From assembly GCF_018977255.1 (NCBI RefSeq), contig NW_024704742.1, positions 57,476,001-57,540,000 of the forward strand: a stretch of DNA of 64,000 bases, in the 5' to 3' direction. This document shows, piece by piece, positions 49,201-58,127 of the stretch (position 1 is the stretch's first letter; each line of letters opens with the position of its first letter). A model generated the notes under the pieces. It saw only the letters and a list, made by a program, of their open reading frames with translations. It was not told the origin of the DNA and did not search any database. This stretch comes from Callorhinchus milii (taxonomy: Eukaryota). The position numbers and the translations under genes are program-made.

Positions 49201-51837
49201 AATATTGACCACTTACCACTGTTGTAAATGATTTTTGCCGTGAGGCAAAGTAAGTTTAAAGTTTTAAAAAAATGTAATATGTAACTTGATAATTATCACC
49301 GAGGATAACGCAATACTGCCATTAAGAAAATAACATAAGGCATTGTTACAGTGTCACGTGGTCAAATATTATAATTGAATGAATTGATACAGATGACTTC
49401 AAATATGTACCCCATCTCCCCACCCTGACTTTAGCAAATGGTTGGGCCCTGAGTTGGCCTGAAGGTATTAGCTCACCCATTGTGGTTGTATCAAATGAGT
49501 GTTGCTTCACGTACACCAGCATAACTCAATTGGAGCTTGAAAATTGAATTTCTTGCCAAATACTGGCGGAAACTCTGATGGGAAGCAGCATCAGAAGCTT
49601 ATGATCCATATAAAAGTCCTCAAAATTTCCAAATCTTTTTCATACCTGAACTTGGACAATATCTTTAATGACATTTTCTTTAATAAATTCGGTGTAACCA
49701 TTTCTTTGGAAAACTGGTACTTCGTCATTTCTGTCAGAGATGGAAACTTCTATCTGTACATTAGTTGCAAGACCCCCTCCATCTCTGGCTTGTAGGGTGA
49801 CAAACAAGTTTTGTCTCTTTTCTCTGTCCAGAAAGGTTTCATTTTTCACAAAGAGTGTTCCAAATTGTTGATCCACACCAAATGCCTGTAGCCTGCAGCA
49901 AAGCAAATGAATATGAATAATTCCCTGATAAATTTTATTGGAAAATGCTTTAACTTTTTATATTTCAAATTTCTAGCACTGCCTGTGTAAAGAAAGTTTA
50001 CCATAGGCATTAAACAATACATGTGTGACCTTTTTCAAGAGTGAGCAAACTTTCTCAGACCGAACAACTCCATTGTACACAGGAGGATTGTATTCTTGCA
50101 GTTAAAGGCCAATACATAACTATTTAATGCAAAATCCAGATTAGCATTTACAAATCAGCATTCCAGTTTGAACTAGATTTAAAGATGAATAATTCCAGCT
50201 TTATTACCTATTGCCTTCACTAAACTTTTGACAAACCTGTTAATAATGTTGACTATGCAAAACTATAATGAGTCTATGAGATTGGTCACAGATGGTCTGC
50301 AACTTGTAAAAACCATTAAACTATCCAATAGCTGGCAGTTAAGTGCCCATTAAAGAATGTCTTGATAATTGATATAAATACATTTATTAGCATAAAATAA
50401 TAAAGCTCTTGCCTTTACTGTATAGATATGTGGTCATTATTTCCAGATAACTATAAAGATTAGACCACATCATATTTATCTTATTTTGGTTTGTAAATAT
50501 GTTATTATTACAGAAGATTTGTCAATGAAGTGAGGCTATTGGCAATACAATACATAGGGCTTCTATTTAAATTATTAATTTAAATGTATAAGAGTCAATC
50601 TTATTTTTTAGCATTACATTTTTTTTTAGCAATTTTCAAGTTCTTTGTAGATGTCCAAATATTAGGGGTTTTCGAGGCTTTCGTTTTTTATACACTGAAA
50701 AGAGAAGGTTTCTTCAGGTACTCTTCTCCAGATATACACGCGAGCGTGGAGGAGAGGGAGAGGCAGAGAATAAGACACACACAATGGGCATACCATGGCA
50801 CTATTTGAGAACGAACGAGCATGCGTGCGTAAGAGAGAGAGGAGAGAGAAGAGAAAGGAAGAGAGAGAGAAAACCTTGTCTTGAGAGACAATTTCCTATA
50901 TTTTTCCGATGTTTATTGGATAAATACCAATTTCATTTTTGGGTATCAGGAATGTTTAATTGGTGTTTATGGGATAAAACTAAAAATCAGAAGCCCTAAC
51001 AATACAACAATAAAATTACATTTGTATAGCATCTTTCACGTAGGGAAGACTTCCCCTACAAATACAATACAAATTTACATTTATACAGCACTTTTCACTT
51101 TGGGTGGACATCCCCAAGCACTTAACTGTACTGGCAGGGCACTGAACTAGAAGTGTGGGCTGAGGGGGCTGGGGAGGGGAAGGATGAATAAAAGCATGGT
51201 CCATTAAAATTATAAAGGCACCATCAAAAGTGATCTCACAAGCTGGGCTACTTACACATTATCAGAACCAAGAAGTAGATAGGTTATCCTTCCAAAATGT
51301 TGACTGTCCGCATCCGAAGCCTTTTGAAGCACACAAAGATGGTTAAAATATATATATGTAAACAATTTCAAATTGTTTATTGATAACTTATTTAAGGGTG
51401 GTCACACCTGTGGGCTGCAGGCAGCATCCGGCCCTGGGGTGATTTCATCCCCCCCACAAACCATTTCCAACTTCATTGTCCGTCGAGCAAGTGCAAGCCC
51501 CGAGCAAATCAGGAGATGGTTATCGGGGGCTCCGGTTCTGCTCGACAACGTGCCTGGCCAATCAGGATAAAATATTGCTTACGCGGCCCGCGGAGGTTTC
51601 TCAAATCCAGCATCTGTCCCTCAGCAGCCCAAAGATTAAACCACCCCGACCTATCTCAATGGAAATTCTTACTGTAATGCAAGCCACACTGTAGCCACTT
51701 GGACTATTCTCCGGGACTTCCAATGTGAAATAATCCTGGTTAAACTCAGGACTGTTGTCATTTCTGTCTGTTATTTCAACGTTGACAATGGCAATTGAAC
51801 TGAAGAGTTCTTGTGTCTCCAATTCAACAGCAAAAAT
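10081..51837 (-). CDS. CDHR2: Cadherin-related family member 2-like (CDHR2/PCDH24-type), 3' 19 coding exons, 2664 nt = 887 aa + stop; 5' incomplete
   Basis: 19 exons with GT-AG boundaries and compatible phases. They encode cadherin repeats (DRNDNSP, LDRE, DxD, DYE motifs), a membrane-adjacent domain ([14 protein letters not shown]), one TM helix, cytoplasmic VPGTN..EGSNPVW and SLNSLDEN motifs, and the C-terminus [11 protein letters not shown], all characteristic of CDHR2. Orthology versus paralogy is unresolved. Confidence 0.9.
10439..10520 (-). CDS. CDHR2: CDHR2-like cytoplasmic exon (82 nt)
   Basis: tgcag|T...CAG|gtattc; (S)[27 protein letters not shown]. Confidence 0.88.
10625..10705 (-). 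CDS. CDHR2: CDHR2-like cytoplasmic exon (81 nt)
   Basis: ttcag|C...AG|gtatgt; (G)[26 protein letters not shown](S). Confidence 0.9.
10892..11200 (-). mobile_element. tRNA-headed, L2-tailed SINE
   Basis: aataatccttgcatttgatatag tail through tacaggactcca head; same family as 33656-34014. Confidence 0.8.
11769..12618 (-). mobile_element. L2 LINE, 5'-truncated
   Basis: [10 protein letters not shown]...[17 protein letters not shown]...[20 protein letters not shown]; (TTG)n-like tail. Confidence 0.92.
14485..14970 (+). mobile_element. Old LINE 3' end (CR1/Jockey group), degraded
   Basis: Residual [12 protein letters not shown]...LQKK and FLHGHFS motifs typical of the post-RT region of Jockey/CR1-group ORF2. 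Confidence 0.55.
15899..16012 (-). CDS. CDHR2: CDHR2-like juxtamembrane cytoplasmic exon (114 nt)
   Basis: ttttag|G...GG|gtaaga; (R)[37 protein letters not shown](G). Confidence 0.92.
16936..17063 (-). CDS. CDHR2: CDHR2-like transmembrane exon (128 nt)
   Basis: ttccag|GGT...AG|gttatt; [42 protein letters not shown](R). Confidence 0.9.
17469..17529 (-). CDS. CDHR2: CDHR2-like exon (61 nt)
   Basis: ttttag|A...GTG|gtaagc; (G)[20 protein letters not shown]. Confidence 0.9.
18129..18548. mobile_element. Degenerate Tc1/mariner-pogo-like MITE
   Basis: Terminal inverted CAGTGGAA / TTCCACTG followed by TA on the right, similar subterminal gttaa-cc-ga blocks, and an internal hairpin at about 18247-18299. 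Confidence 0.5.
19100..20390. repeat. Unclassified GC-rich interspersed element; partial second copy at about 34390-34590
   Basis: 19200-19405 aligns by eye with 34390-34590, sharing ggctggcaagagccaagg, aaccagctaa and ttgtccagct. Confidence 0.6.
20668..21763 (+). mobile_element. CR1 LINE, 5'-truncated
   Basis: [21 protein letters not shown]...KFAD RT motifs; 3' tail ttcttatgttcttatgt; same subfamily as 61106-64000. Confidence 0.93.
22330..25165 (-). mobile_element. L1-clade Tx1 (Keno-like) LINE, 5'-truncated and frameshifted
   Basis: [54 protein letters not shown]-terminal DHLFLDC zinc-finger region, and a 3' UTR ending aataaatatatattttcaaaaaaaa. Confidence 0.92.
25413..25478 (-). CDS. CDHR2: CDHR2-like exon (66 nt)
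   Basis: tttaag|A...GG|gtaagt; (R)[21 protein letters not shown](G). Confidence 0.9.
26320..26630 (+). mobile_element. L2 3' fragment, degraded
   Basis: ARVLSHT...[17 protein letters not shown]. Confidence 0.65.
26707..26787 (-). CDS. CDHR2: CDHR2-like exon (81 nt)
   Basis: ttccag|C...AG|gtaagc; (S)[26 protein letters not shown](R). Confidence 0.85.
28937..29230 (-). mobile_element. tRNA-headed, L2-tailed SINE nested in CR1 ORF2
   Basis: Head gtggagtcctgtagctcagtggttagagcactcgctttgcaagcgagagacctgagttcaattcc; (TTA)n tail; CR1 endonuclease sequence resumes on both sides. Confidence 0.9.
30046..30576 (+). mobile_element. Young L2 3' fragment nested in CR1 ORF1
   Basis: Nearly identical to 52989-53533; (TTG)n tail; splits the CR1 esterase region. 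Confidence 0.92.
32443..32531 (-). CDS. CDHR2: CDHR2-like exon (89 nt)
   Basis: ctaaag|GTC...AG|gtaaga; [29 protein letters not shown](S). Confidence 0.9.
33470..33572 (-). CDS. CDHR2: CDHR2-like exon (103 nt)
   Basis: tgaaag|G...GAT|gtaagt; (R)[34 protein letters not shown]. Confidence 0.88.
33656..34014 (+). mobile_element. Full-length tRNA-headed, L2-tailed SINE
   Basis: gtggagtcatgtagc head through tatatcaaatgcaaggattcttatt tail. Confidence 0.85.
34953..36492 (-). mobile_element. L2 LINE, 5'-truncated, RT region
   Basis: [21 protein letters not shown]...[10 protein letters not shown]...NFLQ.NVNKTE; (TTG)n tail. Confidence 0.93.
36935..38677 (+). mobile_element. L2 LINE inserted in a Deu-SINE (TSD TGTTTAAGAT), containing a nested inverted L2
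   Basis: [27 protein letters not shown] motifs; TGTTTAAGAT at 36925-36934 and 38678-38687. Confidence 0.9.
37113..37589 (-). mobile_element. L2 3' fragment nested inverted in the same subfamily
   Basis: Reverse complement of 38207-38677; ACAT duplicated at the flanks. Confidence 0.9.
39164..39324 (-). CDS. CDHR2: CDHR2-like cadherin-repeat exon (161 nt)
   Basis: gcttag|GCC...AG|gtaggt; [53 protein letters not shown](R). Confidence 0.92.
39554..39603 (-). CDS. CDHR2: CDHR2-like exon (50 nt)
   Basis: ttcag|TT...CAG|gtaaga; (V)[16 protein letters not shown]. Confidence 0.88.
40640..41030 (-). mobile_element. Old LINE RT fragment
   Basis: [13 protein letters not shown] and [12 protein letters not shown] motifs from the N-terminal part of a non-LTR RT. 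Confidence 0.5.
41193..41264 (-). CDS. CDHR2: CDHR2-like exon (72 nt)
   Basis: gtacag|GA...G|gtaagt; (G)[23 protein letters not shown]. Confidence 0.92.
42086..42697 (-). CDS. CDHR2: CDHR2-like large cadherin-repeat exon (612 nt; 609 nt with the alternative NAGNAG acceptor)
   Basis: tttacag|cag...G|gtaagg; [17 protein letters not shown]...[10 protein letters not shown]...[10 protein letters not shown]...ICEGWF...[17 protein letters not shown]. Confidence 0.95.
43076..46490 (+). mobile_element. Older L2 (43076-43222 plus 45372-46490) split by a nested L2
   Basis: [13 protein letters not shown]...GF.AAH continues as [12 protein letters not shown] at 45376; later YADD and [12 protein letters not shown] motifs. 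Confidence 0.85.
43223..45371 (+). mobile_element. L2 LINE (about 2.1 kb) nested in the same orientation, TSD TGCCCA
   Basis: [42 protein letters not shown] motifs; (TTG)n tail; TGCCCA at 43217-43222 and 45372-45377. Confidence 0.9.
47068..47137 (-). CDS. CDHR2: CDHR2-like exon (70 nt)
   Basis: ttatag|GAT...G|gtaaga; [23 protein letters not shown]. Confidence 0.92.
48937..49176 (-). CDS. CDHR2: CDHR2-like cadherin-repeat exon (240 nt)
   Basis: tcccag|GCT...GAG|gtacag; [18 protein letters not shown]...[40 protein letters not shown]. Confidence 0.95.
49646..49892 (-). CDS. CDHR2: CDHR2-like cadherin-repeat exon (247 nt)
   Basis: ctgcag|G...CAG|gtatga; [40 protein letters not shown]...DRNDEVPVF...IVQVQ. 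Confidence 0.95.
50555..50998. mobile_element. Non-autonomous hAT-type MITE (444 bp)
   Basis: TIR TAGGGCTTCT / AGAAGCCCTA and perfect 8-bp TSD ACAATACA (50547-50554, 50999-51006). Confidence 0.85.
51256..51320 (-). CDS. CDHR2: CDHR2-like exon (65 nt)
   Basis: caaaag|GCT...GT|gtaagt; [21 protein letters not shown](V). Confidence 0.9.
51394..51648. mobile_element. Degenerate hAT (Charlie-like) MITE
   Basis: Ends aagggtggt / accaccccg resemble CAGGGGTGG TIRs; subterminal cggccc motifs; imperfect 8-bp TSD ACTTATTT/ACCTATCT; internal palindrome. Confidence 0.65.
51673..51837 (-). CDS. CDHR2: CDHR2-like cadherin-repeat exon (165 nt), most 5' exon found in the window
   Basis: tttcag|ATT...ACA|gtaaga; [55 protein letters not shown]. 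Confidence 0.93.
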
Positions 51838-52088
51838 CTGAAAGAATCAAAATACCTGTATGTACTTTGTAAAACGGTCAGGCTGCTTATTTGGAAACAA
51901 CATCCATGCATAATGTGACAGATAACCTAATAATGGCTCCATATCAACTTTTAAATGCAGAAATAAGATACACAAACAGAGGCAATGGATTTTCTCATAT
52001 AAAATCAATTACGTACACTTAAAAGACTGGAAAATATGGTATGTGGTATCACATTGTCGGAAATTACTGGAGATATCCTAGTGCTGCG

Positions 52089-53533
52089 CCTCCCCTTCCT
52101 GTCCAAGGTCCTTGAAAGAGTTGTTGCCTCCCAGCTGCGCTCTTTCCTCTCCACCCATGCATTATTCGAACCCCTTCAGTCAGGTTTCCGTGCTGCCCAT
52201 AGCACAGAAACCGCCCTGGTCAAGGTCACCAATGACATCTTGGCCATCTGCGACCAGGGCTCCCTCTGCCTCCTCGTCCTCCTCGACCTATCGGCAGCAT
52301 TCGATACGGTCGACCATGCTATCCTCCTCCACCGCTTATCCTCTCACCTCAACCTTCAAGGCCCTGTCCTTGAGTGGTTTAGGCCGTACCTCTCGCACCG
52401 GCTTTTCCTCCAGCCCCCGCACTGTCTCGTGCGGTGTCCCTCAGGGCTCTGTCCTCGGTCCCCTCCTCTTCACCCTCTATATGCTCCCCCTTGGTGACAT
52501 CATCCGCAGACATGGGGTTAACTTCCACATGTATGTGGATGACACCCAACTCTACCTTTCCTCCTCTACCTTCAACTCCACGACCACCGATGTCCTGACA
52601 GCTGCCTGTCCGACATCGAGTCCTGGACGAGAGACAACTCTCTTCAGCTGAACGTGCGCAAAACTGAGGCCCTCCTGATTGGCTCGTGTCAGCGCCTCCG
52701 CACCTCAGGCGCTGACAGCATCAGCATCCAAGGCTGCACTCTCCACCTCTCAAAGCCGTCAGGAACCTCGGTGTTCTGTTCGACCCTGAGCTGTCCTTTC
52801 TTCCTCATATCCGCGCCACAACTGGCACCGCCTTCCATCACCTCCGAAACATCGCCAGACTACGGCACTACCTCACCCCTCACGCTGCTGAAACTCTGGT
52901 CCACGCCTTTATCACCTCAAGGCTGGACTTCGGGAACTCTCTCCTCGCCGGCCTTCCCGGCACCTCCCTCCACAAGCTGCAGGTCATTCAGAACTCTGCA
53001 GCTCGTGTACTGTCCCGCACCAGGCTTCGGGACCACATCACTCCCACCCTCGCTCGCCTCCACTGGCTCCCCATCCCCCAGAGGATCGAATTCAAGATCC
53101 TCATCCTCACCTACAAGGCCATTCACGGCCTTGCTCCCTCCTACCTCTCCGACCTACTATCCCCCTACCTACCCGCCCGTACCCTCCGTTCCTCTGGCTC
53201 CGGTCTGCTCCACGTCCCCCTCCCCAACCGCCCTACCATTGGTGGCCGGGCCTTCAGCCTCTCAGCCCCGAGGCTCTGGAACTCCATCCCCCAGTCTTTC
53301 ACCTTGCTTCCTCCCTTTGCTCCTTCAAGGCCGGTCTCAAGACCTTTCTCTTTGACCGTGCCTTCAGCTCCCCTCTCGACTCTCTACCCCCTCCTCGTTC
53401 CCTCCCTTCCCTCACCCTGACCATTTACCCCCCAATGCTCGGGTCCTGACCCAACCGTACAGCGCCTTGGGACGTCCTCCCGACGTGAAAGGGTGCTCTA
53501 TAAATGAAATCTTTTATTTGTTGTTGTTGTTGT
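52089..53533 (+). mobile_element. Young L2 LINE, 5'-truncated
   Basis: [66 protein letters not shown]; CpG-rich; (TTG)n tail. Confidence 0.95.
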
Positions 53534-53696
53534 ACTACTTTCTGGAATTATGTAAGCAGGATGCACTCCTCTCTGGGATTTCCATGTGTAGGTGGGATGC
53601 ATGGAATTCTCAGCTTGGTTTAGATACTCTTAAGCACGGTGATGACACGTGTCAGACATGCAGTTGACCAAAAAAAAGTCCATCACTGTTGTGGAT

Positions 53697-54062
53697 AATA
53701 TAATGATAATAATCCTTGCATTTGACATAGCACCTTATCACGTCTTCAAGATGTCTCAAAACGCTTCACAGAATATAATGTCAAGTGAATTGACTGCATA
53801 TTTTGTGGGCAAAACGGAGTAGCCAATTGCATACAGCAATTACCTTCAAAAAGTTGTGGATTGAGTGAGCAATTTATTATTAATTTTTTAAAAGTATTAT
53901 GACCCCCGGAAAAGTGATCAGACAATCGAATAACAACCAGGTTCCTACTTAATACTAGGTAAACGGAGGCATGTGGTGTAAGGAAATTTGCCCAATGTTT
54001 CGCCTTGCTGGGAATCAAACCCGGGTCTCTTGCTTGGGAGACACTGAGCTACAGGACTCCAC
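53697..54062 (-). mobile_element. tRNA-headed, L2-tailed SINE
   Basis: Same family as 33656-34014. Confidence 0.85.
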
Positions 54063-55949
54063 ATTCCCTTTGTACAAAAGATTATGCCCAAAATTGCTTA
54101 CTAGAGCCACTGAGCCAGCCTGAGCCAGCAACAAAGCTTTTGAATCTCCTGCAGCTGAATGCTAGCATTTCAGTGACAGTTCAAGCAATAGCAGCTTAGC
54201 TCAACTTTAACACCTGTACCCAAAATGAACTGCAGAAATTTGGCTCCAAAATTAAAATTTAGAATTGTTTTCCAAATCTCTGCAAGAATTTCAATTTCAA
54301 GACAATGGCTTTAAGGCTAGAACCAGGAGAAATGTTGAGCCTCTATGGTTGCTCTTCAAAACCAAAAGAAAATCTCAGCCCAAATTTTACAGACAAAAAA
54401 TAAAATACTAAACTTTCATTAACTGTTGTTTGAAGCGCAAAGTAAACCAAGTCACAATTGGATCTAATAATCCATTATTAACCTCTGTCTGTACAATCTA
54501 TAGATGGCTTAATTGTGTTGGAGTTTGGCAATTAATTACAAACATAAAACGTCAGCAATCTAATTGATGACATTTAGTGTAATTGTGTTTTGAACTCAAG
54601 GGGGCCCATAAAAGTAACCCAAATCAATATAATGGGCTTTTGTTGGAACAACATCAACCATAAAAAGGCACGTTACACTACTGAAAACAATTGCACAAGC
54701 TGCAAAACAGACCTCCGATAAAACAGCCTCCTCTGCTTCACTAAGCAAAAATAAAATCATTCACTTGTATTAAATCTAATGCTAATCACCAGCAACGAGT
54801 CAGAGGAGAAGTGAATATGAAAACATGTTAACCGCTCATAAACTAGCAAATAAAACATTCTAGAATAGAGGGTGATGTAAAGCATTGGAAAGAAAAGTAT
54901 CTCAAAGACAGACTGGTCATGAATAAAAACGTTTCAAGCTGGAAAAGGTACATGAGTGGAGTGCCCAAAGGTTGGCCTTGGGACTCCTGTTATTTACAAT
55001 ATACCAAAACAACGACCTATATATATATATAATAGCACCATTCATGTTGGGTAGAGTCTCAGACCGCTTAACAGTGGCAGGGCTTGATGTCAAGCCGGGG
55101 AGAGATGGGGGGGTGACCAACCGTGTAGGCACAGTCAAAGACGAAGATCTTCAAATATGATCTGAGCAATTCTATGAATCTGAAAGCAATATTATAAATA
55201 ACTTGGTTGAGCATATTGAAATAAAAACCACATGCTCCCAAATGACACTAGAAGTGAAGGCAGAAAAAATAATGAGGGATAATATAGCCAGATTCAGAAA
55301 GCTTTGTAGCGTTTATGAAACAAGCATAATAGGTAACAAATTAGAAACCAAATTCCACTTAGTCCTAGCCTTTTAGACCATGTTGTCTTAAAATTTAGGA
55401 TTGCTCAGAATTGAGAAAACATTTCAGTCTGAATTCAGTTATAATTTGGATTCCAGTTTTGGGCAATTCTTAAAATGACATTAATCCTATGTGAAAGGAA
55501 CTATATTAATGCAAGTAACTGTTCTATTCCTATATATATTTGCATTATATATATATAAAATTGTTTGTATTCAAATAAATTATAAAATATTAGAATTTTA
55601 TGTCTGCCAGACCATCATATTGCTTGACTTTTTTTTGCTGAGAAACCTGGCTAAGGCCAATGAAAGAGATCTTCAACGTGCAAGAGAGGAGAAAAGGCAA
55701 AATAAGTCAGACCTTGAGGCAAGCTAGCACATTGAAGTCATGTTCAATATAATGCTGACTATTAAAATAAAACATTCCACATTAAACTATGCAGAGTCTG
55801 TTGTAAAATGAGTAAAGTATAGTCAATTACTCAGTTTAGCCCAGGGTGATAATAAAATAGTTTAACAATCTGAAGACAAAACTATAGGGTGGTTGATGGA
55901 AAGCTGTTAACTTTAAAGAGGAAGCTGGAGGGGTACAACCAATATGTCT

Positions 55950-57050
55950 GTATTTATCCTTGCATTTAAGATAGGCCATATCACATTGAGATTCCTGAAA
56001 GTAATTCCCAGTGTTTTCCATCAAGTGCAGTTATTGAATATTTTTAAGTGAATACAGCAGACAATTTGCACACAGCAATGCCCCACAAACATACATAAAG
56101 TGAATAACCATGTGTTTCTGTTAAATTGTTGGCCTTTTGAAAGGAAACTTCCTTTTCCTTTCAAATTGTGTAATGAGTTATTTGAATGGTCATTTTAACA
56201 GTAAGATGAGATCTCGGTTTAATACTTCAACTGAAGTCAGCACCTCAGACAATCCAACACTCCCCAACATTGCACTGGAGTGTCATTGGAGAGGTCAAAG
56301 TTCCCAACTCAAGACATGAACCCACAATCATCTGACCCAGAGGTGAAAATATTACCAAGTGAGCCAGATTCAACTGAGCAAGAATATGTCAGAATCATGC
56401 ATGGAATTGTTTTTACTTTGAGCCTTTCCAAGTGAACTGCAATATTTTTTTCTGGCCCTGTACGTTCTTGATTTTTTTCCACAATTAGTTTTATTTTTTT
56501 CATTCATTTCAATGGAATGATTTACAATTGATTCTCCACAGTTACACGTGGAATGCATTATTATAAAGTCAGCATTACTGACTTTAAAATAATGCATAAC
56601 TTCAATATGTATAACTTCAATATGTCAGCTTGATTCAGTCAATAGCACTCTGATCTCTGATTCAGAAGATTATGGATTGAACACCACATTGGGACTTGAG
56701 TTCATAATCAAGATTGACACTTTAGTGCAGCCCTGGGGAACCTGGTTTACCAGACATTCTCTTTTAGATGAGACGTCAATACAGATTATGGTTAGACACC
56801 TATTCAAGCAGGTGCTCAATACTCAGTGATAATATTTGAAAAGAACATGGAGTTTCTCCTGCTGTTCTGCCTAACAATACTCAGATTCATTGGTCATTTA
56901 ACCCATAGCTGTTGTGAGATCTTACTAGCGTAATAAATGTTGCTTTTGTCTGTGTAAGCAGTCGCTTAATTCAATATTAATTACTTGTGGAGCACTTTGA
57001 GTTGTTTCGCAATGTTAGGCGCTATGAAGAAAAGGTATTTATTTCTGTTA
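55950..57050. mobile_element. Two old Deu-SINE copies in divergent orientation (55950-56375 on -, 56630-57050 on +)
   Basis: Both carry the tcagatgattgtgggttca / tcagaagattatggattga head and the Deu core. Confidence 0.6.
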
Positions 57051-57773
57051 AAAGATAGAAGTTGTGAATATCATCCATGCAAGTAAAATAATCTGTGTGT
57101 AACAATGACAATAAAGTATAATTTCCTATCTTTGCCAGACCATCACATTGCCAGACGTTTTTATTTTAAAATGTCAAGAATGTAACGTACCTACAGGGTG
57201 AAAAATGGTTGACATTTCATAATAGATTCATAACACATACGATAATTGTCTAATTTGTCAGTGAAAGGTTTATATTTTTGCCACTTTCTCCATTCCATAA
57301 GTTATTTTCTCCCTGTTCTTTCTGGACGAGGCTACATCACAGTTTGATTGTCTGAATGCAGAGGACAGGCAGGCAAATTGTTCCCAGACCTCTGAATCTC
57401 TTGCACTGGCCACTAGCCAATGTCACTCATTCATCAACTTCCACAGATGGCTTGGTTAAGATTAGAAATTACGTGGGGCACTGTGGGGAAGAATCCATAT
57501 CTTTCTACTCCTGCCGCAACACGAAAATACTATTTGCACACTACAAAGCGAAGAAACTCAAAAGAAAAATAAACGGCTGCACATATATAATAATCCTTTC
57601 ATTTGATAAATCACACATAAGACCTGCTGTTCGACCGTGTCTACAGTCACCTCCCCCTCCATCCCGACCCCCCACCGGCTTGGAGTTGTACTCCGCCACT
57701 GTCAAGCGCGCTGGGACGCTATCCTGCAAGTTGTTGTTGTTGTAGTGTCCCACAAATAGTTGTGGATTAATAA

Positions 57774-58127
57774 ATAATAATCCTTGCATTTTATATAGCA
57801 CCTTATCATGCCTTGGAGATGTCTCAAAGCTCTTCACAGAATATATTGTGAAACACGACAGCCAATTGTGCACAGCAGTGTCACACAAACATTCGTGGAT
57901 TGAGTGACTAATTTATTATTATTTATTTAATTAATTTTTGGAAGGGCTTATTACCACCGGAAGGCGATCCTCCAATCGACAAATAACCTGGTTCCTACTT
58001 ATTGGTAGGTAAACAGAGGTGAGTGGAGTAAGAAAACTTGCCTAAGGTTTCACCCTGCCCAGGAATCGAACCTGGGTCCTCTCGCTTGTGAGGTGAGTGC
58101 TCTAACCCATACACTACAGGACACCAC
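57774..58127 (-). mobile_element. tRNA-headed, L2-tailed SINE
   Basis: Head gtggtgtcctgtagtg..gttagagcactc..caggttcgattcc; shared tail. Confidence 0.85.

Noticed and set aside
49880..49895. Second AG (ctacag) 7 nt inside the 49892 acceptor
   Set aside because: Its use would break the frame set by the phase-2 upstream exon.
52654..53355. Pro/Ser-rich ORFs (also at 30063, 38140, 43807 and 11791)
   Set aside because: Alternative frames of C-rich L2 sequence.
56596..56625. Tandem ATAACTTCAATATGT x2, superficially like a loxP arm
   Set aside because: Simple 15-nt slippage duplication with no inverted arm or spacer.
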